The notes under the pieces were generated by a model. It ran no database searches. It was not told the origin of the DNA and saw only the letters and a list, made by a program, of their open reading frames with translations. This document shows positions 1 to 11,789 of a stretch of DNA of 64,000 nucleotides, piece after piece. Source of the DNA: Camelus dromedarius (taxonomy: Eukaryota). Each line of letters begins with the position of its first letter. Positions within the stretch are counted from its first letter, which is position 1. Location of the stretch: assembly GCF_036321535.1 (NCBI RefSeq), contig NC_087436.1, positions 107,200,001-107,264,000 of the forward strand. The letters are read 5' to 3'. A program made the translations under genes and the position numbers.

Positions 1-419
1 TCACTTACACTCTTTTTGTCCTCAAAATAGCTTCACATGCCTTAAAGAAATGCATGTAGTCCAGCCAGGAATTTTGGGAAAAGAAAAATGAAGCAAGAGT
101 TGAATATCCCTTAATGGTTGTCAGATAGACCTCTACACTTCCTCGTGCTTCTTAGCAGTGAGCATAAGAAGGACAAACAACCATTTGCAGAATCTCCAGC
201 TCTCATAAGCCACTGACTGCTTGGAGAATCACTAGCAATAGGATTTTGTTCTGGGGTTCTCCAAAGAGATCACTGTGTGATGTGATAAACAAAATCCTTA
301 AAGCCACAGTGTAAATAATAAAGACCTCTACAGGGTGAGCCTCTGTTTCCTACCTATGCCTATAAAATGGGGACCAAGACAGAGGTTGCTACTACCTACC
401 ACATAACCAGGATCACCTT

Positions 420-815
420 GCTCCTTAGCAACAGAACCATGTTTTTGGAGCCAACAATATACCCAATTATGGAGCAGGAAGAGGAAGAGGAGGAGGATAA
501 AGAAGAGGACTCCCTACCTTCCCCATTTTCTTGCAGATGGTGGTGGCCAGTGGGAGGTAAGTAGAAGTTCTTAAAGACAAGGTTTTCAAGGAAGTCTCTT
601 TAAGAGGAGCAACCCGAGGCAGGAAACATGCTCTTGTTCTTTTCCTTTTCTGTTTATAAAAAGGACATGATGGCTAGAGTGCAGCAAACATCTCTGGACC
701 ACAAGGAAAAGTAGAAAGCCTTGCAGAAATCTTGGTCCTCAACAATGAGCCCCTAAACAATACCCAGTGACACGTAGACTCCTGGTGACATACAGTGTTA
801 ACATTAAGCCTTAAA
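420..815 (+). mobile_element. Old MaLR LTR (MLT1I/J/K-like), with a GAG-rich simple stretch inside
   Basis: MLT1-type motifs: 'ggacatgatggctagagtgcagcaaacatc...gaccac', 'ccttgcagaaatcttggtcctcaacaatgagccc', ending near 'ttaagcc'. Confidence 0.6.
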
Positions 816-829
816 AAAAAGAAACAATA

Positions 830-1007
830 ACACATATTAGTGAGAATCTGGAGAAACTAGAATCCTTATAAATTGTGGATAGGAAGGAAATACAGTACAA
901 TCACTTTGAAAAATAGTTTGGAAACTTCTTTAAACATTAAATATAAATTTACCATATTGCCCAGCAACTCTATCTCTAAGTGTCTACCAAAAATAAATGA
1001 AAGCATG

Positions 1008-1010
<3 letters not shown>
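830..1010 (+). mobile_element. L1 fragment (end of ORF2, old L1M)
   Basis: 'gagaatctggagaaactagaatcc...cactttgaaaaatagtttgg...ttaccatattgcccagcaactc' matches the L1 ORF2 3' region. Confidence 0.8.

Positions 1011-1051
<41 letters not shown>
1011..1051. repeat. (CA)n microsatellite, about 20 units
   Basis: Directly visible. Confidence 0.98.
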
Positions 1052-1054
<3 letters not shown>

Positions 1055-1232
1055 ATTAAGCCTTTATTGTTGACAGGTTGGTCATGTCTCACCAACCAGC
1101 CAGCCAAACTGAATTCTCAATATAGGGGCCATTATATCTTAAAGTCTTGTGAGACTTGAACATAAGCAAAATTTCTGGCATTTCTTAGTGCTAATTATGT
1201 TATTCATCCATTCCATCAGAATTTATTAAATG

Positions 1233-1647
1233 TGGATTCACAGTCCACGGAGATGGAGGGATGACTGTATATACATAAAGGAGAATACTATTCAGCCTCA
1301 AATTCTTCAATGTGCAACAGCACAGATGAACTTGGAGGACATTATGTTAAATGAAATTAGCTGGTTCTGGAAAGACAAATGCTACATGATTCCACTTATA
1401 TGAGGTATCTGAAATAATCAAATTCAAAGAATCAAAGAATGTAATCATGGTCCCTAGGAGCTAGGGGGAGAGGAATATGAAGAATTACTAATCAGTGGGC
1501 ATAAAATTTCAGTCAAGCAAAATGAGTCATTTCCAAACATCTGCTATACAACATTGTACCTACAGTAAACAATAATGTATTGTATAGTCAACATTTGTTA
1601 AAAGGGAAGATCTCACATTGTGTTCTGATCTTAAAATAAAATGAAAT
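1233..1647 (+). mobile_element. 5'-truncated L1 3' end (L1MA/MB-like) with TSD, inserted into an L2 3' end
   Basis: L1 3'UTR motifs 'gatgaacttggaggacattatgttaaatgaa' and 'atgattccacttatatgaggtatct'; A-rich tail; TSD agaatttattaaatg (1218-1232) / agaatttatgaaatg (1648-1662). Confidence 0.85.
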
Positions 1648-2049
1648 AGAATTTATGAAATGCCTCTCTGGACCAGGCATCAGTCTTAGTGCTGGAGAAT
1701 ACAGACAGCCCTGCCTTTACGGGGATTATATTCCACTAACACATGACTTTTGTCTGTCCAAATCTTTCCTGTTTTTATCTCTATATATGTTGTTGACTTT
1801 TTGGCTTATGCAAAATCTGAATTTCACCACTTTTCATGGCACATTTTTAGCATTAGATCCATGATCAAATAGAATTTGCATGTACATAGGTGTGTTTGTT
1901 TTGTGGGTATTGAATATACCTAACCTATACTCTCTGTTCTCAAGAATCATGGATTTTTACTGGAAGAGATAAGACTTGAGTGGATAAAGACCAAAGGACA
2001 GAAAGATCAGACAGACAATAATGCTAGTAGCTAAATCTACCAACCTAAC

Positions 2050-2250
2050 TTTTTAAGTGCCATGCATTTTTTAAACTTGTCTCAAGAAGCATCTTGTTAA
2101 TTTCTTACATCAATCGTCTGAGACAGTGATTCATATTATCTTCCTTTGCACCCTAAGTCAACTTCCCCAAATCACAAAGCTCCTAAGTCGTGATGCCAGA
2201 ACTCAAACTCACTTAGTCCAATACTGGAGCCCATGGATTCCACAGCCACT
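2050..2250 (-). mobile_element. MIR SINE
   Basis: 'ctaagtcaacttccccaaatcacaaagctcctaagt...gccagaactcaaactca' is the reverse MIR 5' half. Confidence 0.7.
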
Positions 2251-2529
2251 CAAAACTGGCTCAAGTAACCAGAGATGCCAAGAAGAATCAATAACAACTA
2301 TCAATGGGAAGTTTATTCAAAAAACCTGTGGCACTCCTTCTACCAAACATTGCTTGGGGTACAAACTCCATATGGTAACAGACAAACAACATAAAAGGTA
2401 GAAAGGAAGACTGTCCATCACAGGGCCTGTGACTTATACTGTCATGTGATGGAAGCATAGGTTCTATGTTGGGGACAAGGGAAGATGTTTTCAGTACTGT
2501 ATTTAGTATTTTAAATACTTCCAGACAAG

Positions 2530-2775
2530 GAAATTAGACCACGTTGGGCAGGACTCACCTCACAGGCCAGCTTTGCTTATGACTGATCTGTAATCTGAGG
2601 TTCCTTCCACTCACCTCCACTTCTCTCTCTCTTTAAGACATCAGACTTATACTTTGCTCCCCAACCTACTCCTGCTCCTCATTACTTTATCCATCACAGG
2701 CATCTCCCCCCAATAAATCTTCAGCATGTCTAATCCCATCATGGTGTCTGCTTCTTGGAGAACCCAAATTGACAT
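2530..2775 (+). mobile_element. ERVL LTR (LTR16-like)
   Basis: Typical 3' end: 'ccccaataaatcttcagcatgtctaatcccatc...tctgcttcttggagaacccaaattgaca'. Confidence 0.7.
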
Positions 2776-3131
2776 AGCAAATAAATTGCCCATAGTTACA
2801 CAGACGGCTGGTGGCGAAGCCAAGACTCCATATCTGTGTTACTAATCGTTATCAACTGAACATAAACACAAAATAACATGATGATGAGGGCTACCTCAAT
2901 ACTGTTTTCATGTATTCCTGGTGAAGTGGTTCTGATTCATTAAGTAGCTGTGATTTTGAGCAAATCACTTACTTTTCTGCATCTCTGTTTTTAAAAAATG
3001 TAAAAATTAAAAGTCGCCTATTTACAACTTGTAAACCACTTAACCCTCATGCATCTGTGACTAAGCTCATTAATCCATTCTCAGTCATTTCTCACCCTGT
3101 TTCCGGGTAGCTATTCTGATTAAAGTTAGAT

Positions 3132-3156
3132 ACACACACACACACACACACACACA
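3132..3156. repeat. (CA)n microsatellite
   Basis: Directly visible. Confidence 0.95.
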
Positions 3157-3399
3157 ATGAAGTACTTGCCTCAGATGTGTAAGGGTTTAATGCAGCAGCC
3201 CAGCCCCTAGTGACTAAATCATCATACTCTTTCTGACCTTGGAACTACCCTGAGCAGTGAGTTCTCCAAGCAAGACCTCCACTGCTCCTTGTCTAGAATC
3301 CTCACCACCATAATCAGCCTAAACCAGGATGGTCAGATGGACTGATCTCACTGTACTTCCGTATTTACCAGTTCACACCAAATGTCTCATCTCCCAGGT

Positions 3400-4720
3400 C
3401 ATCCTTCATCACCCTGTAATTCTGCATATCTTGTAATCTGACCCCAAATCCCACTCCCCATGAGCTTTCTAGAATTCATAGTCTGTTGTCAACAAACCTC
3501 TCCTTTTATCATCGTTCCCTTCTGCTTCTCTCACTTGTTCCAACCAAAATCTTGCTGTGTGCTGAAGACACCAGATCCCCTATACAACTCTTAAGTATAT
3601 GTTCCTTTCTCTCCCATACTCCTCATACCACTGAGCCCAGGAGTAGGGTGCTGTCTTTGCACCTCGTAGCCACTTCTAGATCTCTTTCTTTCACTGAAAT
3701 TCCCAGCTTTGAACTTAACTCTGACTATACTACCACTACCGCCCTCCTTCTTAATCTACCCTCAGTCACTCCTCATTTCTTAACAGTTTGGACACCTCGC
3801 TCATTATTAATCCCCAGTATTACTCCTATTGTGATTCTTAGTGACTTTCAATACCCATATAGACAGTTCTTTTTTCATTCTAGCCTCTTGGTTAGCTGTT
3901 TCTTGGCCTCCCTTCTCCATGATGTTGTCTACACTCAACTTCAGCCACCCAGTCCTTAGGATATTCCCTGAGCTTGTCATCACCATCATCTCCATATCCT
4001 TTTCTCATGTCACACTTCTTGTCTCTACAGCTTACTCACTCTCATCTTGTGTCTTGACTCAAATAATTAAAAAGCCCCACAGTAACCAGTAAACCATTAA
4101 TCCTAGCCCTCAGTCTTCTCTTGTCCTTAATTCCTCACCATCCCCAACTTAGATTCCATGGTTCTTTCCCATTAGGCTCAAGCCCCTTCCCCTTCTTCCT
4201 CCATCATGATTCCCTGGCCAAACCCCATGCCTGCACCAGGGTAATTGAACCAAGATGGAGAAAAACATACACAAATGCTCACTCCTGTCGCTTACAATAA
4301 TTACCATCGCTCTCAAGAGTGTCCTTAGAGCTGCCTGACAGTTCCCAGTTCAGTTTTCTCTCCCATGATTCTAGGGGACAATTTTATACCTTCCCTTTAA
4401 AATTTCAGAACCTCCTGCATCGCCCTTACTCCCCACAATGATGTCACTTCCAAGTGCACTGAGAAAAGAGAAGCAATCAGGAAAGATCTTCTTGATGCCC
4501 ACTCTTTCACACTTACCCCTCCTCACTCCTTTCCTCTTACTCCCATGTTGATTGTTACATAATGACAATCTATGGGATCATTTCTTTATTCCTTTGCCAT
4601 CCATTTTCCCCTGTAGAATCTCATTCCCCAAATAGTAGACATTTATCTTTGTTCATTGCTGTATGCTGAGCACCAGAGCAAGGCCTGGCATGTAGAAGCA
4701 TTCAATAAATATTTGCTAAT
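3400..4720 (+). mobile_element. L2 LINE remnant: decayed endonuclease region plus 3' end
   Basis: 'attcttagtgactttcaatacccat' resembles the ILGDFNIH motif and 'cctgagcttgtcatcacc' resembles LDLVIT; the L2 3' end 'cctggcatgtagaagcattcaataaatatttg' lies at about 4685-4716. Confidence 0.8.
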
Positions 4721-4850
4721 TGTGCAGCCATTATGCTGGACAGGCACAACTCATATATTCAATCACCAAGCAACCTTACTTTGTCTCCCATTGTCCTTTT
4801 AAACCCACTCTCATGGTTCTAGTTCTGACAGGAACCTCTGCAGGACTCAT

Positions 4851-4876
4851 GTTTTTTTTTTTTTTTTTTTTTTTTT
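4851..4876. repeat. Poly(T) tract
   Basis: Run of about 25 T. Confidence 0.95.
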
Positions 4877-5649
4877 GGTCATCCTTCAGTTGACAATTAG
4901 CTTTTTTGTCACTTTAAGGCACAAAACACTGTTTCAGTTCAGTAATTAAAGTACGTAGTTCCATGTAACAGTATATCTTTAATTAAAATGAAAACTTCTC
5001 CCTCTCCTCTGGCTCAGACAGCTTCATAAATAAAAAGCCTGTGGTCAGAGGGATTGAATTGATGAGAATCCCTTTTCCAGCCTTTTCTCCTCTTCTTTTC
5101 CTTCTTCCCCAATTTGCCATACAAGATTACTGATGGCTTCCCCCCAAACCCAACAAGGAAGGATGTAAGAGAAGAGAGTAAGGGGAGAAGGACATTTCCT
5201 ATTAGTTGACACCATCACGATGACTTGTCCCTGACTCTCTGAAGTTGTCAGTGTTGATAACTGACTTTCTTATGATGCTTTCAAGATCACTTGGTGCCCT
5301 TCCATCACTGACACGCTCACCTGCAGTTTCATAGACGGGATGAATGTGTCTCTGTTCTGGCTAACTCTTATCCCTTCCTCACATCTAGGAATCCAGTAGC
5401 TTCTCCAGCCTCTCTTTGCATAGATCTGCTCACCGCTTTTGGACAAGACTTAAAACCACTCCATGCACATGTCTCTTGTGTGTGGTCACATGGATTCATA
5501 CAAAATATTCATTCTCCCTTTACCTTCACAAACTCAAGTGCCTGCTGCCCAATGCAGCAAACGTGCCTTTGTTCTACCAAATTGGTCATTCAGCCAGCCA
5601 GCCTATTCTTGCTGGAACTTGATAGCAAACCTGAGTCTCCAAATAACCA

Positions 5650-5800
5650 TATTATACTAGCTGACACTTAATTTGGTACTTAATATGTGCCAGTAGCATT
5701 TTAAGTGATTTAAATATATTAATTTATTTACTCCTCAAACAGCCATGAGAGGTATATATTATAATCACTTCTCCCTAATAGATGGGGAACTGAGGCACCT
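5650..5800 (-). mobile_element. MIR SINE
   Basis: 'tatgtgccag...atttactcctcaaacagccatgagaggta...gatggggaactgaggcac'. Confidence 0.8.
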
Positions 5801-6859
5801 ATTTTGTAGCAAGTCCTGCGTGGTGGGTTCCACCTCCACACTTTGATACATGGTTTCTTGTATCTCTAGCTTCAACCAAGACAACTGAACTCATTGCCTA
5901 ATCATTCTAGAGTAGTTCATTTTTAAGATATTTTCCAGTACCTGTCATTTAATTTTTTTTAATGGAATCACTGCCCATCCATCCAAGTTGAGGCATAGGA
6001 GTAGATTTAATTTGGTGGTGGTGATGGTGCTAGAAGGAGCTTGGAAAAGGATTTTCCTGGCCTAAATCCTTAGAGGTCCCCCAGTGTGACTCTAGCTATG
6101 ACTTCATAGTTCAGCAGAAGATGAGCATGATATAGATGGTATTACTCATGGAAACATGGAGTTATAACTCTGCCCTGGACCCAGTAACAGGTGCTTAATT
6201 GATCATTTAAACTTGCACCACACTGCATGAAGCAAATGAAAGCAGAATTCCAGACAGACTAGACATGAAGTCCTGCTTTTTTAATGTGTATACTTAAAAC
6301 CAAACTCCCAATTGTTTATGCATCTCTGTCTCAATACAATTCCTATGTTCCTCTACTAAAAGAAAAATTTCAGAAGAGTGGGAAACAAAATTAATGCTAT
6401 GATAACTAGTTGGAGATTTTCTGATACTGGAAAAAGAGGCAATAAACACTAATTTTATGACAATATTTTGGTTCTCCCTAGCGAGGCATCTCCAACCTGG
6501 AAGGGAAGAAACTGGGGAACTCAACTATGAATTCAGAAGGATATTTCAATTGGCTTCCTGAATTGTGGTCTGTGATGATCACAGACTTTCAGTACCATTT
6601 GTTAATGTCCAGCTAAAGAGCATCATCATGACGTAGGAATAAGGACAGCAAAGCCATATTAAAACTGAGAAAGTTTCTATGCCTCATGTCTTGGATTTTG
6701 AAGCCCCTGCACTACACCTGGAGAGCAGAGTCCTCTGTCTGCCAGCATGCAGCTGTAACTGGTGAGGTATCTATGAGCCCATAATTAAAAGCCAAAGAGA
6801 ATCCATAAAAGTATGTACATAATAAAAAGATGGATCTAGAAAGAAAATGATACCCAGTC

Positions 6860-7210
6860 CTTCCCTCTCTAGCTCCACTATTGCCATCTTGACTTCATTT
6901 CATTCCAATTATCTCCCAACTCTTTTCTCTGCTTTCAGCTTTCCCTGTTCTCTCTTGTCCAAACTCAACTTCACAGCCAGAGTCATATTTCTAAAATGCA
7001 AATATGATCCTGTCACTTCTCTGCTCAAAAACCGTTGCTCCCCACTGCCTACAGGCTAGAGTCCAAGCTCATTAAAATGGAAGTCAATGCCTTGAAAAGC
7101 TGGCACTGACCGACCTCCTGGCCTCGTTTCTCAATATAATACTTCCAAACCCATCATGCCCTCTTCTCTGTGAGCCTTTGCACATGTAGCTCTCCCTTCT
7201 AGAATTCCCC
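6860..7210 (+). mobile_element. L2 fragment
   Basis: 'cacagccagagtcatatttctaaaatgcaaatatgatcctgtcacttctctgctcaaaaacc'. Confidence 0.85.
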
Positions 7211-7211
7211 A

Positions 7212-7600
7212 CAGTTAGGAGGATCAGTTGCAAGTAACAGAAAACTCAGCCCAAACAGGCTTCAACATTGAAGCTGTTGTATTGGCTCACAGATTGGAAA
7301 GTCAAGAGGTCATCAAGACTCAAAGTTGCTTGAGCCAATGGCTTGTTGGCATTTTATCAAGGGTCCCCATTCTTGCCATCCCTCTTCTCTGCCTTCTGTA
7401 GTATCTATTTCAGTATCTGGGAGGCTCATTTTGGGGTAACAGGATGGATGTCAGCAGTGGCCAGGTCTACAGGGGGTAGAGTGTGCATACCTGGAGGAAA
7501 GAGTGGTTCCCCAGTGGAAAATCTTGATGCTGCAAGGGAAAACAGAGAAAGTTAGAGTGTATCTTTTAAGTCCTAGATCATGTGCTCTGTCAGCTGTTGG
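7212..7600 (-). mobile_element. MaLR LTR (MLT1J/K-like) interrupting L2
   Basis: 'agttagga...ttgcaagtaacagaaaactcagcccaaacaggcttcaac...attggctcac'. Confidence 0.7.
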
Positions 7601-7769
7601 AAACACCCCCCACACCCTAGGCTAGATTAATAATTTCTTCCTTAATGTTCATCTGACACGTTGTACATACCTCTTTCATTAGCCCTCCTACAACTCATAA
7701 AAGTTATCATATTGGCCCACTATGTGCTGACTGCTTGATATACATTAACCTATTTAATACTAATGGTAG

Positions 7770-7804
7770 TGGGGAGGGTATAGCTCAGAGGTTGAAACAC
7801 CATA
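7770..7804 (+). mobile_element. 5' head only of the camelid tRNA-derived SINE (vic-1 type), inside a MIR
   Basis: 'ggggagggtatagctcag' matches the SINE start; flanked by direct repeats aatactaatggtag (7756-7769) / aacaccaatggtag (7805-7818). Confidence 0.6.
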
Positions 7805-8099
7805 AACACCAATGGTAGAACTTTGAAATAGATGTTAGTGTTCACATTTTTATTATGAGAAAACTGTTCTGAGATGTTAAATAACTCTCCTCAAACTCTC
7901 TAACCTCTGAGTTCATATTCCCTGATCTATACTATGTAAATGAAAGCACATTGCAAAATAGCCACTACATAGCAGTCACCAGAAAGATATGTTGAATGGA
8001 TCATAATACTTATCCCACTGTTTTATGTTTATGGGTCTCTCTTCCACATCAACTATAAAACACTTATAAAAAGGGATTGTATCTTATTCCACTGGAGCT

Positions 8100-8340
8100 C
8101 TAGAGTGTCATAATTAAAATCATGCTTTAGGGACAAACTGTCTAGGTTAATACCTGAGTTCCTTCACTTCCTATGAAACCCTGGGAAAGTTTCTTAACCT
8201 CCCTGTGTCTCAATTGCCTCATCTATAAAATAGAGATAATAATAGTATCCACATCATAGTGTTGTTATGAGGATTGAACAGGGTACAGAAAATCCAAACA
8301 ACTATGCTGGAAACATTGAAAAACCTCAATAAATATTATC
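8100..8340 (+). mobile_element. MIR SINE
   Basis: 'cttaacctccctgtgtctcaattgcctcatctataaaatagagataataatagta'. Confidence 0.9.
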
Positions 8341-8784
8341 CAAAGAGTATTGTTATTTACCTGTTGTCCCCTTAGGATAGTGACTGATACAAGGCAAAAT
8401 AGCCAATTACATATGATCAGTCATGGGTAAGACCTTTATCCTGCAGAAAAAGTTTAACTTTTTCTCACATTTTTCTCACTGTCTTCTAGCTTTAAGGACA
8501 CAGAACTACTTTGTTGATCTGCAAAGCAACAAGGACCTGCTTAGCACTGAACAATGACCTTTTGATGTCCTGAACAGCACAACATAGGGCAGGAGATGGG
8601 AATCATTTTATAGTGAGATGGAAATTAAACGTTGTCTAGTAATCAGGAGATTTCAGTTTCTAGATTTGTTTTTTTAAAAAAAAACTGTGGGACATTGAGG
8701 TGAAATCAATAGAATTTTATGACTGTTGGAATGTGGGGATTGAGATAGAAAAAGAAGAATCATTCTCAGTTATTCTGATGTAGT

Positions 8785-9011
8785 TTGTTCTCTATATCTA
8801 TGAGTGTGTTTCTATTTTGTTATATTCATTCTTTTCATTTTTAGATTCCATATATAAATAATAACATAAAGTATTTGTGTTTCTCTGTCTAACTTGTTCC
8901 ACTAAACATAACTTCTGGATCTATCCATGTTTTTGCAAATGGCAAAATTTCATTCTTTCTTGTGGCTGAGTAATATTCCATTGTGAGTGTGTGTGTGTGT
9001 CTGTGTGTGTG

Positions 9012-9058
<47 letters not shown>

Positions 9059-9178
9059 CACATCTTTATCCATTCATCTATTGATAGACACTTAGGTTGT
9101 TTCCATACATTGGCTTTTGTAAATAATGCTGCTATGAACATTGGAGTTCATGTATCTTTTCCAGTTAGTATATTTGTT
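8785..9178 (-). mobile_element. L1 3' fragment (artiodactyl/laurasiatherian type) with an internal (TG)n(TA)n(CA)n repeat
   Basis: 'atggcaaaatttcattctttcttgtggctgagtaatattccattg' and 'tttatccattcatctattgatagacacttaggttgtttcc'; the minus frame reads MFIAALFT.A..WKQPKC.S.DEWIK, the L1 ORF2 C-terminus. Confidence 0.92.
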
Positions 9179-9383
9179 TAACAGAAAACTTTAACATAGA
9201 GTCAGGAGGCTAGAAGGCAGAGCTGTCACACCCTACCACTCCATATCAATTGTAGACCCAACAGGAAGAGCTATATCTTGCATCTCTGACAGAAAGAAGG
9301 TTACTACTTTACTACTCAGCAGAAGAAGGAAGAATTTCTTCTTGCCTGGCAATAGCCCAGCTAATGAGACACTGCCCCAACTC
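9175..9383 (+). mobile_element. ERV1-type LTR, 5' half (same family as 12362-12814)
   Basis: Aligns by eye with the reverse complement of about 12593-12814, e.g. 'agacccaacaggaagag', 'acagaaagaaggttactact'; begins with TG. Confidence 0.75.
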
Positions 9384-9394
9384 TTGATGTAAAG

Positions 9395-10170
9395 AATAAG
9401 CTATAATAAAACATGTTATGACTCCATTTGTTTACATTTCAAAACCAAGCAAAACTATAATAGAGCCAATATTCATTATCTACTGAGGATTTGTTCCAAG
9501 ACATGCTGCAGACACCTCAATCCACAGATGTTCAAGTCTCATAGTCTATCCTCTTCTCTCTGTGTATCTGCTGATTCTGCATCTGAAGGTTCAACCAACC
9601 TGGATGGGATTGTAAGCACAGCACTACACAATTTGTGGTTGGTTGAATCTGTGGATGTGTTACCACTAATAGGGAGGCCAGCTTTAGAATACTGTTGACC
9701 CTTGAAAAACACGGGTCTGAACTGCATTAGTCCACTTACACATGGATTTTTTTTTCAATATATATACTACTATGTTTATGCTTAATTGAATGCCTGGAAG
9801 CTGAATCCAGGAATAGGGAGGACAGACTATGGGACTTGAGCCTCCATGAATTTTGGTAACCACAGCAATTCCTGAAACCAATACTCCACCAAAATGGAGG
9901 GATGACTTTGTATAATATATTGTAGAGATATATATATATATGGCAGAACTATAAAGAAAAAAGGAATTATTAACAAAATTCAGGATAGAGGTTTTCTTGG
10001 GAGGCAGGGGCACATGAAATCAACTTCTTCAAAATGTTGGTGATTCCTAAACCTGAAACTGGTTGGTGGATACAGGGACATAATTTAATTATTATCTTTT
10101 AAACAATACATTTAAATCCTCTAGACTCTTCTATTATATAAAATAGAATGTGTGTATGCTATATTTCACA
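9395..10170 (+). mobile_element. Old L1 (L1ME-like) 3' end, split by a Tigger insertion
   Basis: 'ttatgactccatttgtttacatttcaaaaccaagcaaaacta' before the MITE and 'aacaaaattcaggatagaggtt' after it. Confidence 0.65.
9463..9910. mobile_element. TcMar-Tigger MITE(s), MER2/Tigger2-like and composite
   Basis: 'ggttggttgaatctgtggatg', 'gttgacccttgaaaaacacgggtctgaactgc', terminal 'ggagggatgact'. Confidence 0.8.
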
Positions 10171-10179
10171 ATAAAAGCA

Positions 10180-10610
10180 AAGAATTTAAAAAGAGTCTAT
10201 TGTTGTGGTCCAGGTCATGGTGGCTTGGTCCAAGCTGGCAGGGACTAAGATATGCAGTCAGACTGGTGATACATCTTGGAGTCACAAGGGACAGGACTTG
10301 GTGATTGTTTGCATGTGGGTGATGGGGAGGGGGGTGTGCAGTATAACACCTGAGGATTTGGCATGAAGACTGCATAGACATCACATATTAGGCATTATTT
10401 CTTAAAATGGGAGGAATTGAGTAAAATGGGGCAGAGTTTAGTCCTGAGGGAATGTATGATGTGAGATATCTAAAAGGAGATGGCTTTAGGCAGGTAAGTG
10501 TATAGGTCTTGTTCAGAAGAGAGACGAAGAGTGGAGACTCAATAGGGAGCTGTCAGCATGAAGATGGCATTTCATGCTGTGGGAGTGGTTGGGATCTGTG
10601 GGCACGGAGC
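10180..10610 (-). mobile_element. L2 fragment
   Basis: 'gacaggacttggtgattgtttgcatgtgggtgatgggg' and 'atgatgtgagatatctaa'. Confidence 0.75.
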
Positions 10611-11789
10611 ACAGAGGAAGGTGGTATATTCAGTGGTGAGTGCCTAGGTCTCAGAGGCAAATCCATCCTCTGCCAAAATGACTTAGGAAAGTTACTAAAT
10701 CCTCTCTGGCTTAGTTTCTCCATTACATGAAGACAAATGCAATTAAGGCACATTGAATAGTCTTAGCATATAGTTGGTGCTTGATAAAAGGTAAATCTCA
10801 CCTAATATTTTTGTATCATCAAGGTCACAGAAAATGTTGACCCACTGAATGGGTAGGAAGACTTAAGAAAGGATCCCTATTTCTGCCCTTCTCATTCTTG
10901 CTGGGGAGAAATATCTACCATTTTACCAAAACAGTATCTTTTAAACCCAGCTTAAAGGCAAGTCAAAAGCAGGGAGAAACCAAGCAAGGAGGAAGGAGGG
11001 AGGGAACGCTGGCTCACCAGATTATACCGCATTTTAACACAATATAAATCTCACCGAACTTGTTTCCCGCCTATTAACATCACATCCTGCTCTCTCTGCG
11101 CAGTTTACCCAAGTCCCTCAATGTATCTGAACTGCATGTACACTTCATTTTCTTGACTTCTCATTGAACTCATCCACCCACATCATTTTCTCTCGATGAA
11201 AGCCACCATGCTCATCTGGAAGAAACACAAATCTCTCAGTTTCGTCTGTCATTGTGAAACATTTTCAGAAATGCGGTACGAAGATTGCTGAAGAAAAACA
11301 AGTTTTGTTCTCTCCTACTTGCCAGAATGGCTGTTGCTACGCCAAATTTAATGAAAGATTGCCATCAGGTGTCTAAAAGCAACCCAAAGGTCAGAGGATG
11401 CCCTATCTGCTGGTGTGAAACCTAATGTGAATTACAAACTCACAGAAACCAGGAAGGAAGAGTAAACAACAGATATAATCATGAAACCCCTTTTCCTTTG
11501 TCTTGTTCATATTTTCATGCAAGTTTTCCAAAAACTTAGTAATATAAAATATTTTTTATGAAAATATGAAATTAAAATCTCACCTTTTCATAATTCACTA
11601 CAATGTGTAGTTACATCTTGAAATTTAATTATTTTCTAAAATTATTATTATTATTAGGAATGATCTCTTTTATTATAAAAGTATTAACCAAAAATATCAT
11701 TCCTTTTGAGTGAAAGTGAAATGATATAAAATACTGAAGTGGTTATAAATTTCAGGAAACTGCCATGCTATACTTCAGTTCCAAACATA

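Noticed and set aside
3486..4092. 157-aa and 83-aa ORFs
   Set aside because: They are frameshifted remains of L2 ORF2 (endonuclease region).
4880..5630. Unassigned ~750-bp stretch after the poly(T), possibly a retrocopy or old LTR
   Set aside because: No ORF, TSD or family could be recognised by eye.
8950..9141. ORF MFIAALFTKANVWKQPKC...
   Set aside because: It is a dead L1 ORF2 C-terminal fragment reading into a microsatellite.
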